A stretch of 64,000 bases of DNA from an uncultured bacterium (GTDB lineage Bacteria; Patescibacteriota; Gracilibacteria; BD1-5; UBA2023). The translations under genes and the position numbers were made by a program. Within the stretch, counting starts at the first letter, position 1; each line of letters begins with the position of its first letter. Below, in pieces: positions 1 through 10,608 of this stretch. The stretch spans positions 454 to 64,453 of the forward strand of contig CAIVSN010000116.1 of assembly GCA_903908595.1 (NCBI GenBank). The letters are read 5' to 3'. The notes below the pieces were generated by a model, which searched no databases, was not told the origin of the DNA, and saw only the letters and a list, made by a program, of their open reading frames with translations.

Positions 1-1416
1 GTCGGCGGAGTCATCCGATTCAACGGCGAAATCAGCAACGGGATCAAGCTGTTCAGCCAAAGCATGTTTTCCCATACGAACTTTTTTTGCATGTCGGAAA
101 ACCTGACCGTCGGAGCGGAAGACTACGCGTGAGTCATTTGCCTGGACTACGCGGAGAAAAACGACGACGAATTCTACTACGTCGCCAAGGAAATCGATTT
201 CGACTACCTCGCGCATATCCTCGAATTCGATTACATCGAAGAAATCTATCGGAATCTCAAAAAGAAAACCGGCACGGCCAAACGCGAAATCTCTTTTGTT
301 CAAAAATTCTGAGAATACGTAACGGTTCGGGAATCGAACCCCGAAGGGCCGGACGGGAAACGGCCCTCGTTCGAAAAGATACTGGAACTCACGGAAGAAA
401 AATCCGAAATCCCTGACGAAAATGCCGGAAACCCACCCCCGTCGGATCCGGAAATCGAAAACGAAATCAACGCCTTCATGTCCATGAAATCGAGGCATTT
501 CTACGGGAAGATACCGGACAAAAACGTTACGGTCGCAGGGCATATCACCGATAAGGAATTCAAGAAATATTTCGGCTACCTCAAAGAATTCATCCTGCTC
601 GGAATCCTCCGGAATTGCCAGGAGAAATACGGGAAACCCTACGACGTCATCGGCGCCGTATCCACCGGCATCGCCCCATGGGAAGAGCAAACCACCTGAG
701 GCGATATCTATTTTTGTTCCGAATTCGTCACGGAATCGCTCCTGTTTGCCGGATTTTATCCGTTCGACTTCCAGACGAAGACTCCCAAGGCGGTGACCCC
801 GGGGGATATCATGGACATGAGCATTATTTTCAAACGGACCATGGACGGAAACGGAAAGGAATCGGACGCGGTGCTGTACGCGCACCCGAAGCAGGGGGAG
901 TTCGTGCCGGAAAACCTCGCTGACGGCGTATCGGTCAAATCCCACATTATCAACAAAGAACGTGGAAACCCCGAATTCCAAAGGCAGAAAATGCTGATCA
1001 GCGCGTTCAAGGGGATATTGGGCTACAATTTTTCCGCGGACGGGTATACCAGCAAGCCCGTTGCCGAAGAAAAGGCTCCGGCAAATCCCGCACGGTATCC
1101 GGTAAAAAGCACGGCGATGGCCTGAGGGTTCGTCCTGCTTGGAATGCTTGGCGGGTTCATCCTTTCTGGAATGACCGTGCTGAAAGCGAGCGTCGGGGAA
1201 TCCGGCGAAACGTATCCGGGAGGCATCTCGAATCCGAACCTCGGGATGGCATGGGACTTCCTTGCCTGAACGATACTGATATCCCTCGAAATCATCTTCG
1301 CCATTTGCTTGGCTTGGGTACTTTTCACGGCCATCATCCCGAATGCGAAGGCACATTCGCATAGGTGGAAGAGTTGGATCGAATGATGGTATAACGGTAT
1401 TAAATCCCGATTTTAG
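1..1416 (+). CDS. Hypothetical membrane-anchored protein, 5'-truncated by the window edge. Possibly contains a permuted papain/NlpC-P60-like domain.
   Basis: Frame-1 track ORFs 478-699 and 793-1125 join the upstream and downstream frame-1 sequence across in-frame TGAs. The first TAA/TAG in frame is TAG 1414-1416. The C-terminus has two hydrophobic helices (GFVLLGMLGGFILSGMTVL, ILISLEIIFAICLAWVLFTAII). The 'YFCSEFVTESLLFAGF' segment resembles YiiX/C92-type Cys motifs (weak). Confidence 0.6.
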
Positions 1417-1621
1417 AAGCGGGTTTGAGGATTGTTTTTCGGAGGTTGCTTAGAGGCTAGCCGAGAATCGTCTTTGTATCGTCCCACTCAAATCCGACCA
1501 GATTGGGCCTTTTGGAAAGTCATAATCGAAATGCCTAGTTTTGGATAGGGGGCGTCAAGTCCAAACCCAGTTTTTTTATTCGGAAAATACGCTATACTGT
1601 ACACCCCCTAAACCGTCGAAC

Positions 1622-1873
1622 ATGAAATACGGAATCATTCTCCTCTTGGTCGTCCTCGACGGATTTATCATACGCCATTTTTTCCCGAACTTGCGATGGG
1701 GGGAAATCGGGAAGGTATTCAGCAACGACGTTACCGGATTCAACACGGTCCTAGCCATATTTTTCTTGCTCCTGCTCTTGTCGCCTTGGGGAAACAACCC
1801 CTGGGTACTGGGGTGTTCCATAGCGGCGGCGATATGGCTCGCGGTCATGTTGCTGGCGGTGAACAGCTGGTAG
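1622..1873 (+). CDS. Small integral membrane protein (83 aa)
   Basis: Taken from track ORF 1541-1873, starting at the internal ATG 1622 (MKYGIILLLVVLDGFII...). It has three hydrophobic segments and ends in TAG. Confidence 0.5.
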   Translation: MKYGIILLLVVLDGFIIRHFFPNLRWGEIGKVFSNDVTGFNTVLAIFFLLLLLSPWGNNPWVLGCSIAAAIWLAVMLLAVNSW

Positions 1874-1909
1874 AAAACCGGAAATATAAATAGGTTCCAA
1901 AAACCGCAC

Positions 1910-2419
1910 ATGGCCCGGCTTTCATTCTTCCCTATGTCCGACAACGTCTATTACCTCTCCCCGCGTTCCAGGCTCGACGATGTCGACCGGGATATGGTCG
2001 AGCTCGAAATCGCGTCCCTCGCGTCCCACCGCCAACTGGAATCTTCCCGAGAGCGGGTCGGAAAAATCATCGGGGCGGACTATATGTTCGCGCTGCTCGA
2101 ATACCTTTTTTCCGGAAAACCCGCGTTTCCGAAGGGATTCGACCCCACGGGCACGCCCTTCCCCTACCCGTACCGGCACCATCTCGACCTGATGGAGGGA
2201 CGGGAATTGGAAATTTTTTCCCGGACGATTTCCATGATTATGAAAAGGGCCTACGATCGTTCGGGCCGTTCGAGGAAGGAATTGTTCTTTTTGCGAACGG
2301 AAGTGATGCGGCGGCTCGCGATATTCCGGGGCGAGGATTCCGGAAATACCGAAAGGCCGGAATTCGTGGGAGAACCGGGGAAGGGAGGTCCATCGGGACT
2401 CCGTATCGTACATACCTAA
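1910..2419 (+). CDS. Hypothetical protein (169 aa)
   Basis: Track ORF with an ATG start, a TAA stop and non-repetitive composition. No family recognised. Confidence 0.5.
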   Translation: MARLSFFPMSDNVYYLSPRSRLDDVDRDMVELEIASLASHRQLESSRERVGKIIGADYMFALLEYLFSGKPAFPKGFDPTGTPFPYPYRHHLDLMEGRELEIFSRTISMIMKRAYDRSGRSRKELFFLRTEVMRRLAIFRGEDSGNTERPEFVGEPGKGGPSGLRIVHT

Positions 2420-2466
2420 CCAAAATTGGTTTTCGGTATTTCACAGGTACAGATTTGGAATAGATT

Positions 2467-2874
2467 TTATTTTTCTTCTTTCGGGAGCTTATCGGGAATA
2501 ATTGCAGGAAGGCTTTCATTGCTTTTTTCGATAATGATGTACGCGCTTCCGATGTTTCCCGCGGCGTCTTTGGCCGTGACGACGATCGGGGTGAACTGCC
2601 CCTCGAGGGCTCTCATTCCGGCTCATTCGACGACGATGAGTTCCGGGGAAGTTTTGTCGTCCGTGACCCGGACTTGGACGTCGATGGCATCTCCCGAAAC
2701 GACCTGATCGTTCCGGTAGTTCACGAATTCGATAGTCGGAGCCGTCACGTCGGGCTTCGGTTTGGCATATTTCCGGACGGACGTATACCGGTTGTCGGCG
2801 GAGATTTCGGACATTCACCAAAAGCAGAGCCCGGTCACCAACGCTATCGACACGAGTATGTTGAAATTTCTCAT
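2467..2874 (-). CDS. Small secreted/anchored protein (135 aa)
   Basis: Track ORF 2623-2814 extends across TGA 2815-2817 up to ATG 2872-2874 (MRNFNILVSIALVTGLCFW, signal-like). It also extends across TGA 2623-2625 down to TAA 2467-2469. The start lies 3 nt after the upstream gene's stop. The last ~11 codons lie inside a family-B repeat fragment. Confidence 0.55.
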
Positions 2875-2877
2875 ACG

Positions 2878-4269
2878 TTAGAATTTTTCGTGGTAAATAT
2901 GCTCGAATCCCCGGGATTTGAGCGCTTTGACGCTCGATTCCACCAATTGCGGATTCCCGCAGACATAGAACTCGCAACCCTCGGGGAAATCCAATTTCGT
3001 CACGTCGATCCTCCCCGTCTCAAAACCGGCGGCGGTTTCGCGGGAGAGGTACGTGACCGTTTTGAGGTTCGGAATTTTTGCGAGCCGGTCGGCATAGAAG
3101 CGGCTTTCGGAATCCCGCACGCCGAAGAGGAGGATCTTTTCGGTTTCCGGAATATGCGACATCATATTGACGATTGGCGCGAGCCCGGTGCCGGTAGCGA
3201 TGAACGCCTTCTTGGAATCGGTAGGCCGCAGGACGAAAGAACCGGAGACGTTTTCGATTCGCAGCGTATCCCCGACTTTCAATTTTTTCAGCGCGTTGCC
3301 TCCTCTCCCTTCGGAAATCCTAATGCAGAAGGTCAGCTTCGACCGATCGGAATCCACGACGGAATACGGGCGGACGAACGTGCCGTCCCGATCCGAGAGC
3401 ACCACCCGGGCGTATTGTCACGGGATGACCACGAACGGCGTGGCCGTTTCCACCACGAGTTCCATGGTCGTGGAATTCAGCATGGCAATCTGCCGCACCG
3501 GAGCGTCTACCGGCTCCCGGTCGTCGGCCGGCTCGGAAACGGGCACGAAATCCCTTTTGGATACCCCGCAGACCGGGCACGCCCAATCGTCCGGGATGTC
3601 CTCGAACTTCGTCCCCGGCGCGATGCCGCCGTCCGGATCCCCGAGTCGTTCGTCGTAGACGTACCCGCATGGCACGCAGAGGTATTTGGTAACGGGTTTT
3701 CCCAATGGGTTCGCTTGCCCCTTCCGGGAAGCGTCCTTGCGGAAAAATGCCACGGTCCGGAAAAATATCACGGCGCCGATAATCGCCATATACCATTCGT
3801 CGAACCTCGAAGCGAAGGCGATATGGAGCGCCGCCATGAGGAAGAGCGGGTACGCGAGGGTTTGGATTTTTTTCCAAAAACCTTTCAGCAACCGCACGGA
3901 AACATCGTTGGAAGTGACGCCGAGCAGGAAAATTATCACAAATGCCACCGTCCCCGAAGCAACGTCCAGTTCCAAGAAATGTTCCAGGACGAAGAAGGTT
4001 TTCTGGTATGCGTATTCCGCGTAGAAATATACCGCCATATGCCCGATCGCGAGCAAAAAGGCAAAAATCCCGAACGTTCTCCGATACGGCGCCCAACCGG
4101 GGCGTTCGGTCAGGGCGATGATCGGGGTGACCGACATCGCGAGGGCGAGATACAGGAAAGAAACCCTCCCAAAATCCCGAAGCAGCAGGTTCGCGGTTCA
4201 TGGGTTCATCGCGTAGAACGTGACAAAAAGGACGGCTCCGGGAACAAGGGAAAGCAGGTATCGGGTCAT
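2878..4269 (-). CDS. Fusion protein: ferric-reductase-like transmembrane domain + rubredoxin + FNR-type FAD/NAD(P)-binding oxidoreductase (NOX/FRE-like architecture)
   Basis: Same-frame track ORFs 3418-4137 and 2878-3405 are joined by TGA 3418-3420, and extend upstream across TGA 4198-4200 to ATG 4267-4269. TM part: [11 protein letters not shown]...LHIAF. Rubredoxin knuckles: CVPCGYVY...WACPVCG. FNR motifs: RPYSV, GTGLAP, CGNP. Ends in TAA. Confidence 0.8.
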
Positions 4270-4305
4270 GGAAAAAAATGAGGTCGGTTACCGTATTATG
4301 ATGCT

Positions 4306-4400
4306 GAGGTTTGCCTTGGGAAGTCAGTTTACTTTCGAGGCAGAGGTTTGCCTTCCTTGGAAGTCAACTCGCCTTCTAGTCTGAGGCTTGCTTGGAAACG
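4306..4400. repeat. Three imperfect direct repeats, GAGG(T/C)TTGC..TTGG(G)AA, in the intergenic region upstream of the ferric-reductase fusion gene
   Basis: gaggtttgccttgggaagtca (4306-4326), gaggtttgccttccttggaagtca (4343-4366) and gaggcttgcttggaaacg (4384-4400), spaced roughly 37-41 nt apart. Confidence 0.5.
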
Positions 4401-5384
4401 CTAGCTCGCCTTCGAAGTGGTATCGACTTTTGGAACGTACGGGGCTTGCACGGGAGTTTTCGCGGCAGCTTGGGCTTTTGCCTGGGCTACGGCGGCGGCT
4501 TGGGCCCGCGCCCGTTCTTGCTCTTGCCGGATCGCGGCCGAATTGTCGGCCGGCGCGGCGGCTTGGGCTGGCGCGGCGGCTTGGGCTGGCACGGCGGCTT
4601 GGGCTGGCACGGCGGCTTGGGCCGGCGCGGCGGTTTGGGCTGGTGCCGTCTTGGTGTCGTTCGCGGCGGGAGCCTTGGGGGATTTCGCCAGGGCCGGGAC
4701 GGATTTCCTCGGCTTCTTGACCATGACGGGAGGCTCGTACTTGTTATTTATGTCGATGTAGGCGACCAAGGATTCCTTGGTGGGGAAAAACGCGGTTGAG
4801 AGCGTGCCGTTCGGCCTGCGGTACATGTAGGAATCCCTGGTCCGATTGTCCACGATACCGTAGGCCTTCCCGTTCGGGGCGACATAGTCCCCCAATTCCC
4901 TGATATCCGGATTGTTTTCCCTCAGCATAAGCAACAGCGCTTCGTAGTCCTTGAATTTTTTCGAAGAAAACGTCCCGTCGGGCCTCTCAAAAATGTACGC
5001 GCCGCCGTACAGCCGGTGGATGACGTAGGTTTTCCCGTTCGGAACGACGAATTCCACGGGAACGTTAGCTTCCGGAGGCAGGGGCAAAACGACCGTTCCC
5101 GAAGCGGAAACCGGCGTCGTGCCCGCGGGATCGCTTGCCGGCGACGGAGCTGGCACGGGTACCTGCGTAAATTGATATTCGCCATAATCGTCATCCGCAT
5201 CCTCATGTTCGTCTTCATCCTCGTCGTCTTCATCGCTGTCCGCGTGGGCTACCATTACCAACGGCTTGACATTCCAAAAATTCCCGGCCACTTCCTTTTC
5301 TTTCAGGGAAACGATTCCGAAAAAAGAAACGCCCCAAAGCAGGAAAATACTCCCGATTACCACGATTCGCAAAGAAGTTTTCAT
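4401..5384 (-). CDS. Secreted/anchored protein with an acidic stretch and a C-terminal (PAQAAx)n Ala/Pro-rich tail
   Basis: Intact track ORF of 327 aa. It has an N-terminal hydrophobic anchor (MKTSLRIVVIGSIFLLWGVSFFGIV), a DSDEDDEDEDEHEDADDD run and five 18-nt tandem repeats. Ends in TAG. Confidence 0.7.
   Translation of the reverse strand: MKTSLRIVVIGSIFLLWGVSFFGIVSLKEKEVAGNFWNVKPLVMVAHADSDEDDEDEDEHEDADDDYGEYQFTQVPVPAPSPASDPAGTTPVSASGTVVLPLPPEANVPVEFVVPNGKTYVIHRLYGGAYIFERPDGTFSSKKFKDYEALLLMLRENNPDIRELGDYVAPNGKAYGIVDNRTRDSYMYRRPNGTLSTAFFPTKESLVAYIDINNKYEPPVMVKKPRKSVPALAKSPKAPAANDTKTAPAQTAAPAQAAVPAQAAVPAQAAAPAQAAAPADNSAAIRQEQERARAQAAAVAQAKAQAAAKTPVQAPYVPKVDTTSKAS
4552..4642. repeat. About five tandem 18-nt units inside the CDS, encoding PAQAA(A/V)
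   Basis: gcNcggcggcttgggcNg is repeated head-to-tail and can be read directly in the sequence. Confidence 0.85.
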
Positions 5385-5446
5385 AAAATGATTGAAATAA
5401 CGGGATGCAACGGATGAAATTATACGAATGGAATCCTAATAGAAAA

Positions 5447-6361
5447 TTAATACGCGACGGTTTCCGGAAAATCGAGATCGTATTTTTCCCAGAGTCACCG
5501 GGTGTAGAGCAATTCCCCGATAGAAGTGAAAATGAACCCCTCCATGCCGTTTTGCTCGATTATCCGCAGTCACTCCGATACCGGCGCGTTGAATACGCTC
5601 TTGGTGAAGCCGTCGCACTTGGCGCAATCCGGAGATATGAGCGTGACGCTGACGATCGAATTTTCATTTTCCGAAGTTTTCGGATTGACGATGTGGTGCC
5701 GCTTTTTCCGTCCGATTTCCCAGTTGCGCTTGTAGCTTCACGAGGTCGCGATCGCCGAATCCCGAAGCACCAGGGAGGTGAAGATTTCTTGGGTGAACGG
5801 ATTCTCGATGCCGATGACCCATCCCCTGTCCAGGCTCCCGTTCGTCCCGCTCGCGTAGATATCCCCGCCCGCATTCACAAAAAAATCGTCATAGCCGTAC
5901 ATCCGGAGCATGTCGCTGGCCCGGTCGACGGCCCAGCCCTTGGCGATGCCGCCAAAATCCAACGACTGCCCAGGTTCGAGCGTCACCGTATCCCCTTCGG
6001 TTTTCACGGCATGGAAATCGGTATTCACCGACCCGTTGACCGTGACGAAATTCCCTTCCTCGAAAGAATGGCCGTACCCGAGCTTGGCGACGGAAACGAG
6101 CGGATTGAAGAACCCGTCCGTCAGCCGGTACATGTTTTTGGAGACGCTCAGGAGTTCCAAAAACCGCTTGGAAACGGTCGCTTTCTTATGGGCGTTGAGC
6201 AGGCTCAGCGCGGAGTCCTCCCGGAACCGTGAAAATTCCGCCTCGACCGAAACGAAAAAATCGAAAACGGCGGCGATTCGCCCATCGGTAAGCGGATCTT
6301 CGGAAATGACGGCGATTTCTATTTCCGTCCCCAAGAGTTTTCTCGTTTCGGAATATCTCAT
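5447..6361 (-). CDS. apbE: FAD:protein FMN transferase (ApbE family)
   Basis: This is the C-terminal part of track ORF 5738-6724, starting at ATG 6359-6361 (MRYSETRKLLGTEIEIAV...). It reads through TGA 5738, 5570 and 5495 to TAA 5447-5449. ApbE-like blocks: FNPLV, DFGGIAKGWAVD, NAGGDIY, 'AIATS[TGA]SY' (canonical ATSG), 'HHIVNPKT'. No signal peptide is seen. Confidence 0.85.
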
Positions 6362-6424
6362 ATGACAAAAAATAATTCGGGGCGATTGTACGGAGACGAT
6401 ATTAAGGAAGCCTTCGGAAATGAA

Positions 6425-6450
6425 AAAGAAGCGCTCGTAAGCGCTTCTTT
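6425..6450 (-). terminator. Intrinsic terminator after the 6591-7508 gene
   Basis: Perfect 11-bp stem aaagaagcgct/agcgcttcttt with loop cgta, followed by a T-run on the minus strand. Confidence 0.6.
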
Positions 6451-6590
6451 CAAATGTCGAATGCCCTGGCGTTCCAGCGAACGAACCGGTTGAAAATATT
6501 TCCAAACGGATATTCGCGGATAACGGCCTCGTGCGATTCTTTGGTTCGTAGCGGGAAATGCCTGGGCATTCCCGGTTCCGACTTCGCTTC

Positions 6591-7508
6591 CTACACGACG
6601 AATCCGGTGACGGAACCACTCTCGCGGTCGTGCATCTCGATCCTCGACGCGCTGAATCTGAGCTGGCCATCGTGGAACCTCCAGATTGGCGCACAATGGA
6701 ACGTGCCTTCCAATCCGATGACATACTCGTCTCCCGCGCATTTCATCCAAAGGTCATCCTTCGTCTGAAACCGCTCCGGATGAGTCAGGAGGAAAACTCC
6801 CGTCTCATAGGCGCCCAATCCGAATTCGTGCCTTCCCATGACTGCCCGTGCCCGACGCACGGAACGGCCGCGGTGACGGAATCCGAGTTGGGCCGGGAAC
6901 ACCAGGATGTCAGAGTTTTGTTTTTGTCGCATGGCATGCATGGCACGCGCTTTCCGTTCCGTTTCCCGCATGTGACTTTCCCCCAACCGCCGTTCCCGGA
7001 AGTTGATGAAACGTTCTCCATGCGCGAACCGAATCATGTCGAATACGCGTTCCACTGCCTTTTCGTATGTCTCTCCCACCGAGGCCCAATGCGGGATGGC
7101 GTACCATCCGTTCCTGTCTGACCCGATGGGAAGCTCTTCTTCTTCCCGAATCCGCAAGAGCCGCTCCGGGTCGGAATTCCGGAATTTCGGAAACAGCTCA
7201 GTAAGCCGGTCGATTTGATCCGCCAATTCCCTCGTCCGATAGGACGGGGGATAGGTGGAATTCGTATCGACTTCTTCGTCGGCGTATTCGTCGGGGCAAA
7301 GATGGCGCGATATGGCCGATCCCATTGCCGGCGAGATATCCGATTGGAATTGTCCCCCGTTTTCCAATACCCGTTGCAGTTCCTCTTTCGAGGGGTTCAT
7401 CTTCTCAACCAGTTTGGCGACCGTTTTGCGTGCGGCCGATTCTGCCAATTGCGTGAGTTGGGCTACTTGCCCTGACGTGATCCCGTAGGTCATCATCGAC
7501 TCCTTCAT
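6591..7508 (-). CDS. Hypothetical protein (305 aa)
   Basis: Intact track ORF with a TAG stop and no in-frame TGA. No family recognised. Confidence 0.6.
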   Translation of the reverse strand: MKESMMTYGITSGQVAQLTQLAESAARKTVAKLVEKMNPSKEELQRVLENGGQFQSDISPAMGSAISRHLCPDEYADEEVDTNSTYPPSYRTRELADQIDRLTELFPKFRNSDPERLLRIREEEELPIGSDRNGWYAIPHWASVGETYEKAVERVFDMIRFAHGERFINFRERRLGESHMRETERKARAMHAMRQKQNSDILVFPAQLGFRHRGRSVRRARAVMGRHEFGLGAYETGVFLLTHPERFQTKDDLWMKCAGDEYVIGLEGTFHCAPIWRFHDGQLRFSASRIEMHDRESGSVTGFVV

Positions 7509-7574
7509 GGTACCGTTCGGAAATAATGCCCCCGAACCTATGGCGAATTGGATTATTGGTGATTTTAGAAAATA

Positions 7575-7595
7575 GTCAAGCGGAAATGCCTTGAC
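7575..7595 (-). terminator. Possible terminator hairpin after the pilin-like gene
   Basis: gtcaag-N9-cttgac stem, followed on the minus strand by tattttct. Confidence 0.35.
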
Positions 7596-7624
7596 CTATC
7601 GCGAATTCGATTGAATCACGAACC

Positions 7625-9211
7625 CTATTGATCCTGGCACCAGAGATAATCCGAACTGAGCAGATTGGCTCACCAACCGTTGGTCCGGGTTTTTGAATAA
7701 CAATTGCTCCATGCGTTATCGGTGTAAAAAGTCGTGCTTCCCGCGGTCAATCGCAATCTGCTTTCGCTCAAAGTCCAAGCCGATCACCAATCCGGACCTC
7801 ACATCGTCGTCCAGATGACCGTGGTTTCCGTACCGAATGCCGGCACGTCCAAGTTGTTGGCATACGTGTTCGTACAGGAATGGGTGAAATCCATGTTCCA
7901 ATTGGAGGATCCGTACGAAGAGCTGCTATAAAACGCCGCGCTCGACTGATTCGTCCTCGGTCACTTCGTTCATGGCTTGATGGAATTGCAGAGATTATCC
8001 CAATCCGAAATGGAATTGACGACCGTATTGGTTTGAATTTTGCAAAGATAATTCTGCTTATTGCCAACTGAACTTGGCGTGAATTTGTAACATGCGTTGC
8101 ATGCGTTTCAAACCAAATAGGATCATGGGCTGCATTTGTACTGGCAAGTATTGTTCGTCGGCGCCGTTGCCCCGCTTGCCGTCAAGCTGGTTCCGTTCGC
8201 TGCGCCGGTTAGGGAATAGCTTGTGGAAGAATTGTAAAACACGGCGTTCGCCGGAAGTCCCGTACATGCCCCGCTCACCAAATTGCTCGTGCCGCCTCCG
8301 TCTCATACGGCATTTGGCGCGCCACCCCCGAACTGGGCGCTGATCATGTTCGTTCCGAAAGCGACCAATCCTCCCGTGCTCGTATTGATGAGCGTGGAAA
8401 CATTCTGATGGTTCTGGATATCGCTCGATCCATAGAGGGCCTTGAGGGCGGAAACCATATCGGTTATCCCGGACGACGTATTCGGAAGACCGCTCGGATT
8501 CGTCACGGTCTTCGATCCGGAAAACACCACTTGGTTGGGATTGAATGAACTCGCGTTACGGAGGGTTTTCCCATTGAAAAGGAGGGTTCCGGAAAGCGCG
8601 TTCGTACCGCGTATTTCCACGGAGGCTCCTATGGATCCGGTGTTCGTAACGATGCTCGGCACCGCAATGACGTACACTCCGGTTCCTACCGTGACTTTTG
8701 CGGTAAGCCCGCCGAAATTTCCCCGGATATAGGCGATGGTCGGTTCCCCTGCCCCGGCATGCGCGTCTTTTACCAAAGATTCCGCGTTATTCGCGGTTTG
8801 ATTCAAATCCCCTTCATATTCCGCTTTGATTTGGTAGGCCTTACCTTCCGCGAGGGAAGAATAGCCGTACTCGGTATTTTTCAGCGGATCCAAAGGCCTC
8901 TCGTTGAGTCAGCCTCACGCGATCGTTCCCTTGAAATACTGCATGACGGTGCCGCCCACGGTTCCCTGATTCCAAACCGCGCCTCAGGAATAGGTCACGG
9001 CAAAGGAATTGTCCGGAATCGGATACGAACCGGAAGTCACGATGACGATATCCAAAGATTTGGAAACCTGCGCCACGTCACCGATCCGGGCGGAATCCCT
9101 GGCCCTGGAAGAGTATCCTCAGATGGAGAGGAAACCGATGGTACCCAGTATTGCTAGGATAGTAATGACTACGATAAGCTCCACCAAAGTAAAACCTTTG
9201 TATCTCCTCAT
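7625..9211 (-). CDS. Type IV pilin-like protein with a long Cys/Thr/Ser/Asn-rich C-terminal extension (528 aa)
   Basis: Same-frame track ORFs 9119-9340 and 8303-8893, plus further frame-matched sequence, are joined by 12 in-frame TGAs. The first real stop is TAG 7625-7627. The N-terminus is a prepilin signature, MRRYKGFTLVELIVVITILAILGTIGFLSI, followed by GGYSSRARDSARIGD. Confidence 0.8.
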
Positions 9212-9290
9212 ATTGGGCTGGGTAGGCGAAGTGAGTTTATTGTCATCCATAGAAATATGGTAAAAATATATGCGTGCTTCATTCCATTGC

Positions 9291-9318
9291 ATGATAGTAT
9301 ATATTTTTCCGAATGCAA
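9291..9318 (-). promoter_or_regulatory. Candidate sigma-70-type promoter for the pilin-like gene (TTGCAT-N16-TATCAT)
   Basis: Minus-strand -35 TTGCAT (9318-9313) and -10 TATCAT (9296-9291) with a 16-nt spacer, about 80 nt upstream of ATG 9211. Confidence 0.4.
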
Positions 9319-9490
9319 GGAAGATGGATTTCCCTGTCATTTTAAAAGTTAAAATGTCGTAAACTCATGAAATAGAAGTGTCACCTTTTTTCCAAAATAG
9401 AAATGCAATTATAGGATTGATCGTCTTCCGTAAACGCGGGCTGGGAAAATGAGTGGTAACGAATTCAAGGGAGGCAATTTTGAAAACTAC

Positions 9491-9521
9491 AAAAAAGGCG
9501 CGATTCAGAATCTCGCGCCTT
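9491..9521 (-). terminator. Intrinsic terminator after the DUF2202 gene
   Basis: Minus strand reads AAGGCGCGAGATTCTGAATCGCGCCTTTTTT. It lies 14 nt after TAA 9535-9537. Confidence 0.7.
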
Positions 9522-9534
9522 AGTGGAATGGGAG

Positions 9535-10476
9535 TTATTTCGCCGGATTTCCCTGCATCCGCATTCCGCAGCTTCCTTTTCCGGCATGCTTGCATGTGCC
9601 GCCGGACGATTTGCCGCATGCTCCGTTCGTCATGTTCCCGCACTTCCCTTGGTGCATTTGCCCTCCCGTTTTGCCGGATTGGCAGCTTCCGCTACCGGAC
9701 GAAGGCGAAGCCGGAACCGCTATCCCGTCTTTTGCCAAACGGTCGGCGAGCTTACCCTTGAGAGACCCCTTCGATGCGACTTCTGCGGCGGTCAGATAGG
9801 CGGAGTAGTCTATCGAAGTCGTGAATCCCTTCGCTCCGATTTGGCGGGCAAAACTCCGAAGGTGATTATACGAAGCTCCTCCGATATTGGAGAACACAAG
9901 CTTCAAATCGGCGTTATCGGTGGTTTTGATCGTGTCGGCGATGTCCTTGATATCGAGCATTTCGATCTTGAGCCCAACCTCGAGGGCTTCTTTTAACCCC
10001 TTCTGTCACTCGGCCTTGAGCGCGTCGAACGTGGTCTGGAGTTCCCCGTAACCGGTCGGTAACGGCAACGAATAGCGGTCGAGCAGGGTTTTTACCGAAT
10101 CCATATGCTGCTGTTCGGAATCGGCAATGGTTTTGAATTCCGGATCTTGGTAGAGCGTGTGGAAATACGCATACATGTCCCTCGCGACCATTTCTTCCCG
10201 ATATTGGAAGGCGAGGTCGGCTTTCTCCTGTTCGGAGAGCGCGGAAGGGGCGATGCTCATGAGCGCGCCGGAGTGGGTCGACGATGCGGGACCGCGGGTT
10301 TTGGCGGTCGCGGCAGGCTTTGCCGGGACGGCCGTCTGGATCTGTCGGTTCATTCCCTGTCCCGCTGCTCCCCGCAATGGGTTCTGCTGTCAGGAACCCG
10401 CGAATACGGCGAAGGAAGTGGCAATCAGCAATCATCCGATCGCGATTCAAGAAGCAATCATCGTGGTATTTTTCAT
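9535..10476 (-). CDS. DUF2202 (ferritin-like) domain protein with an N-terminal anchor and a Cys/Gly-rich C-terminal tail
   Basis: Same-frame track ORFs 10006-10377 and 9535-9960 are joined by TGA 10006-10008. The frame extends upstream across TGA 10390, 10432 and 10447 to ATG 10474-10476 (MKNTTMIASGIAIGGLLIATSFAVFAG). Blocks such as LSEQEKADLAFQYREEMVARDMY, SEQQHMDSV and GASYNHLRSF match my recollection of DUF2202. Ends in TAA. Confidence 0.7.
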
Positions 10477-10608
10477 AGGGAAAAAATTATGGATAGGCGT
10501 CTGGGGCGGCGAAGCGTCCTCACGGGGGTATACGGAAAGCCATGGAATATTTATTCAGAAAGTTGTAAAAATGCCTCTGGGAAATTCCGGAACCCCGGAA
10601 AAACGATG

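Noticed and set aside
330-360. A T-arm-like string, ggttcgggaatcgaaccccg.
   Set aside because: It lies inside a continuous coding frame and has no surrounding cloverleaf.
4552-4642. Short tandem repeats at 4552-4642, 49050-49124 and ~56490-56640 considered as possible CRISPR or other non-coding arrays.
   Set aside because: The units are 15-18 nt, contiguous with no spacers, and in frame within CDS, where they encode Ala/Pro-rich tails.
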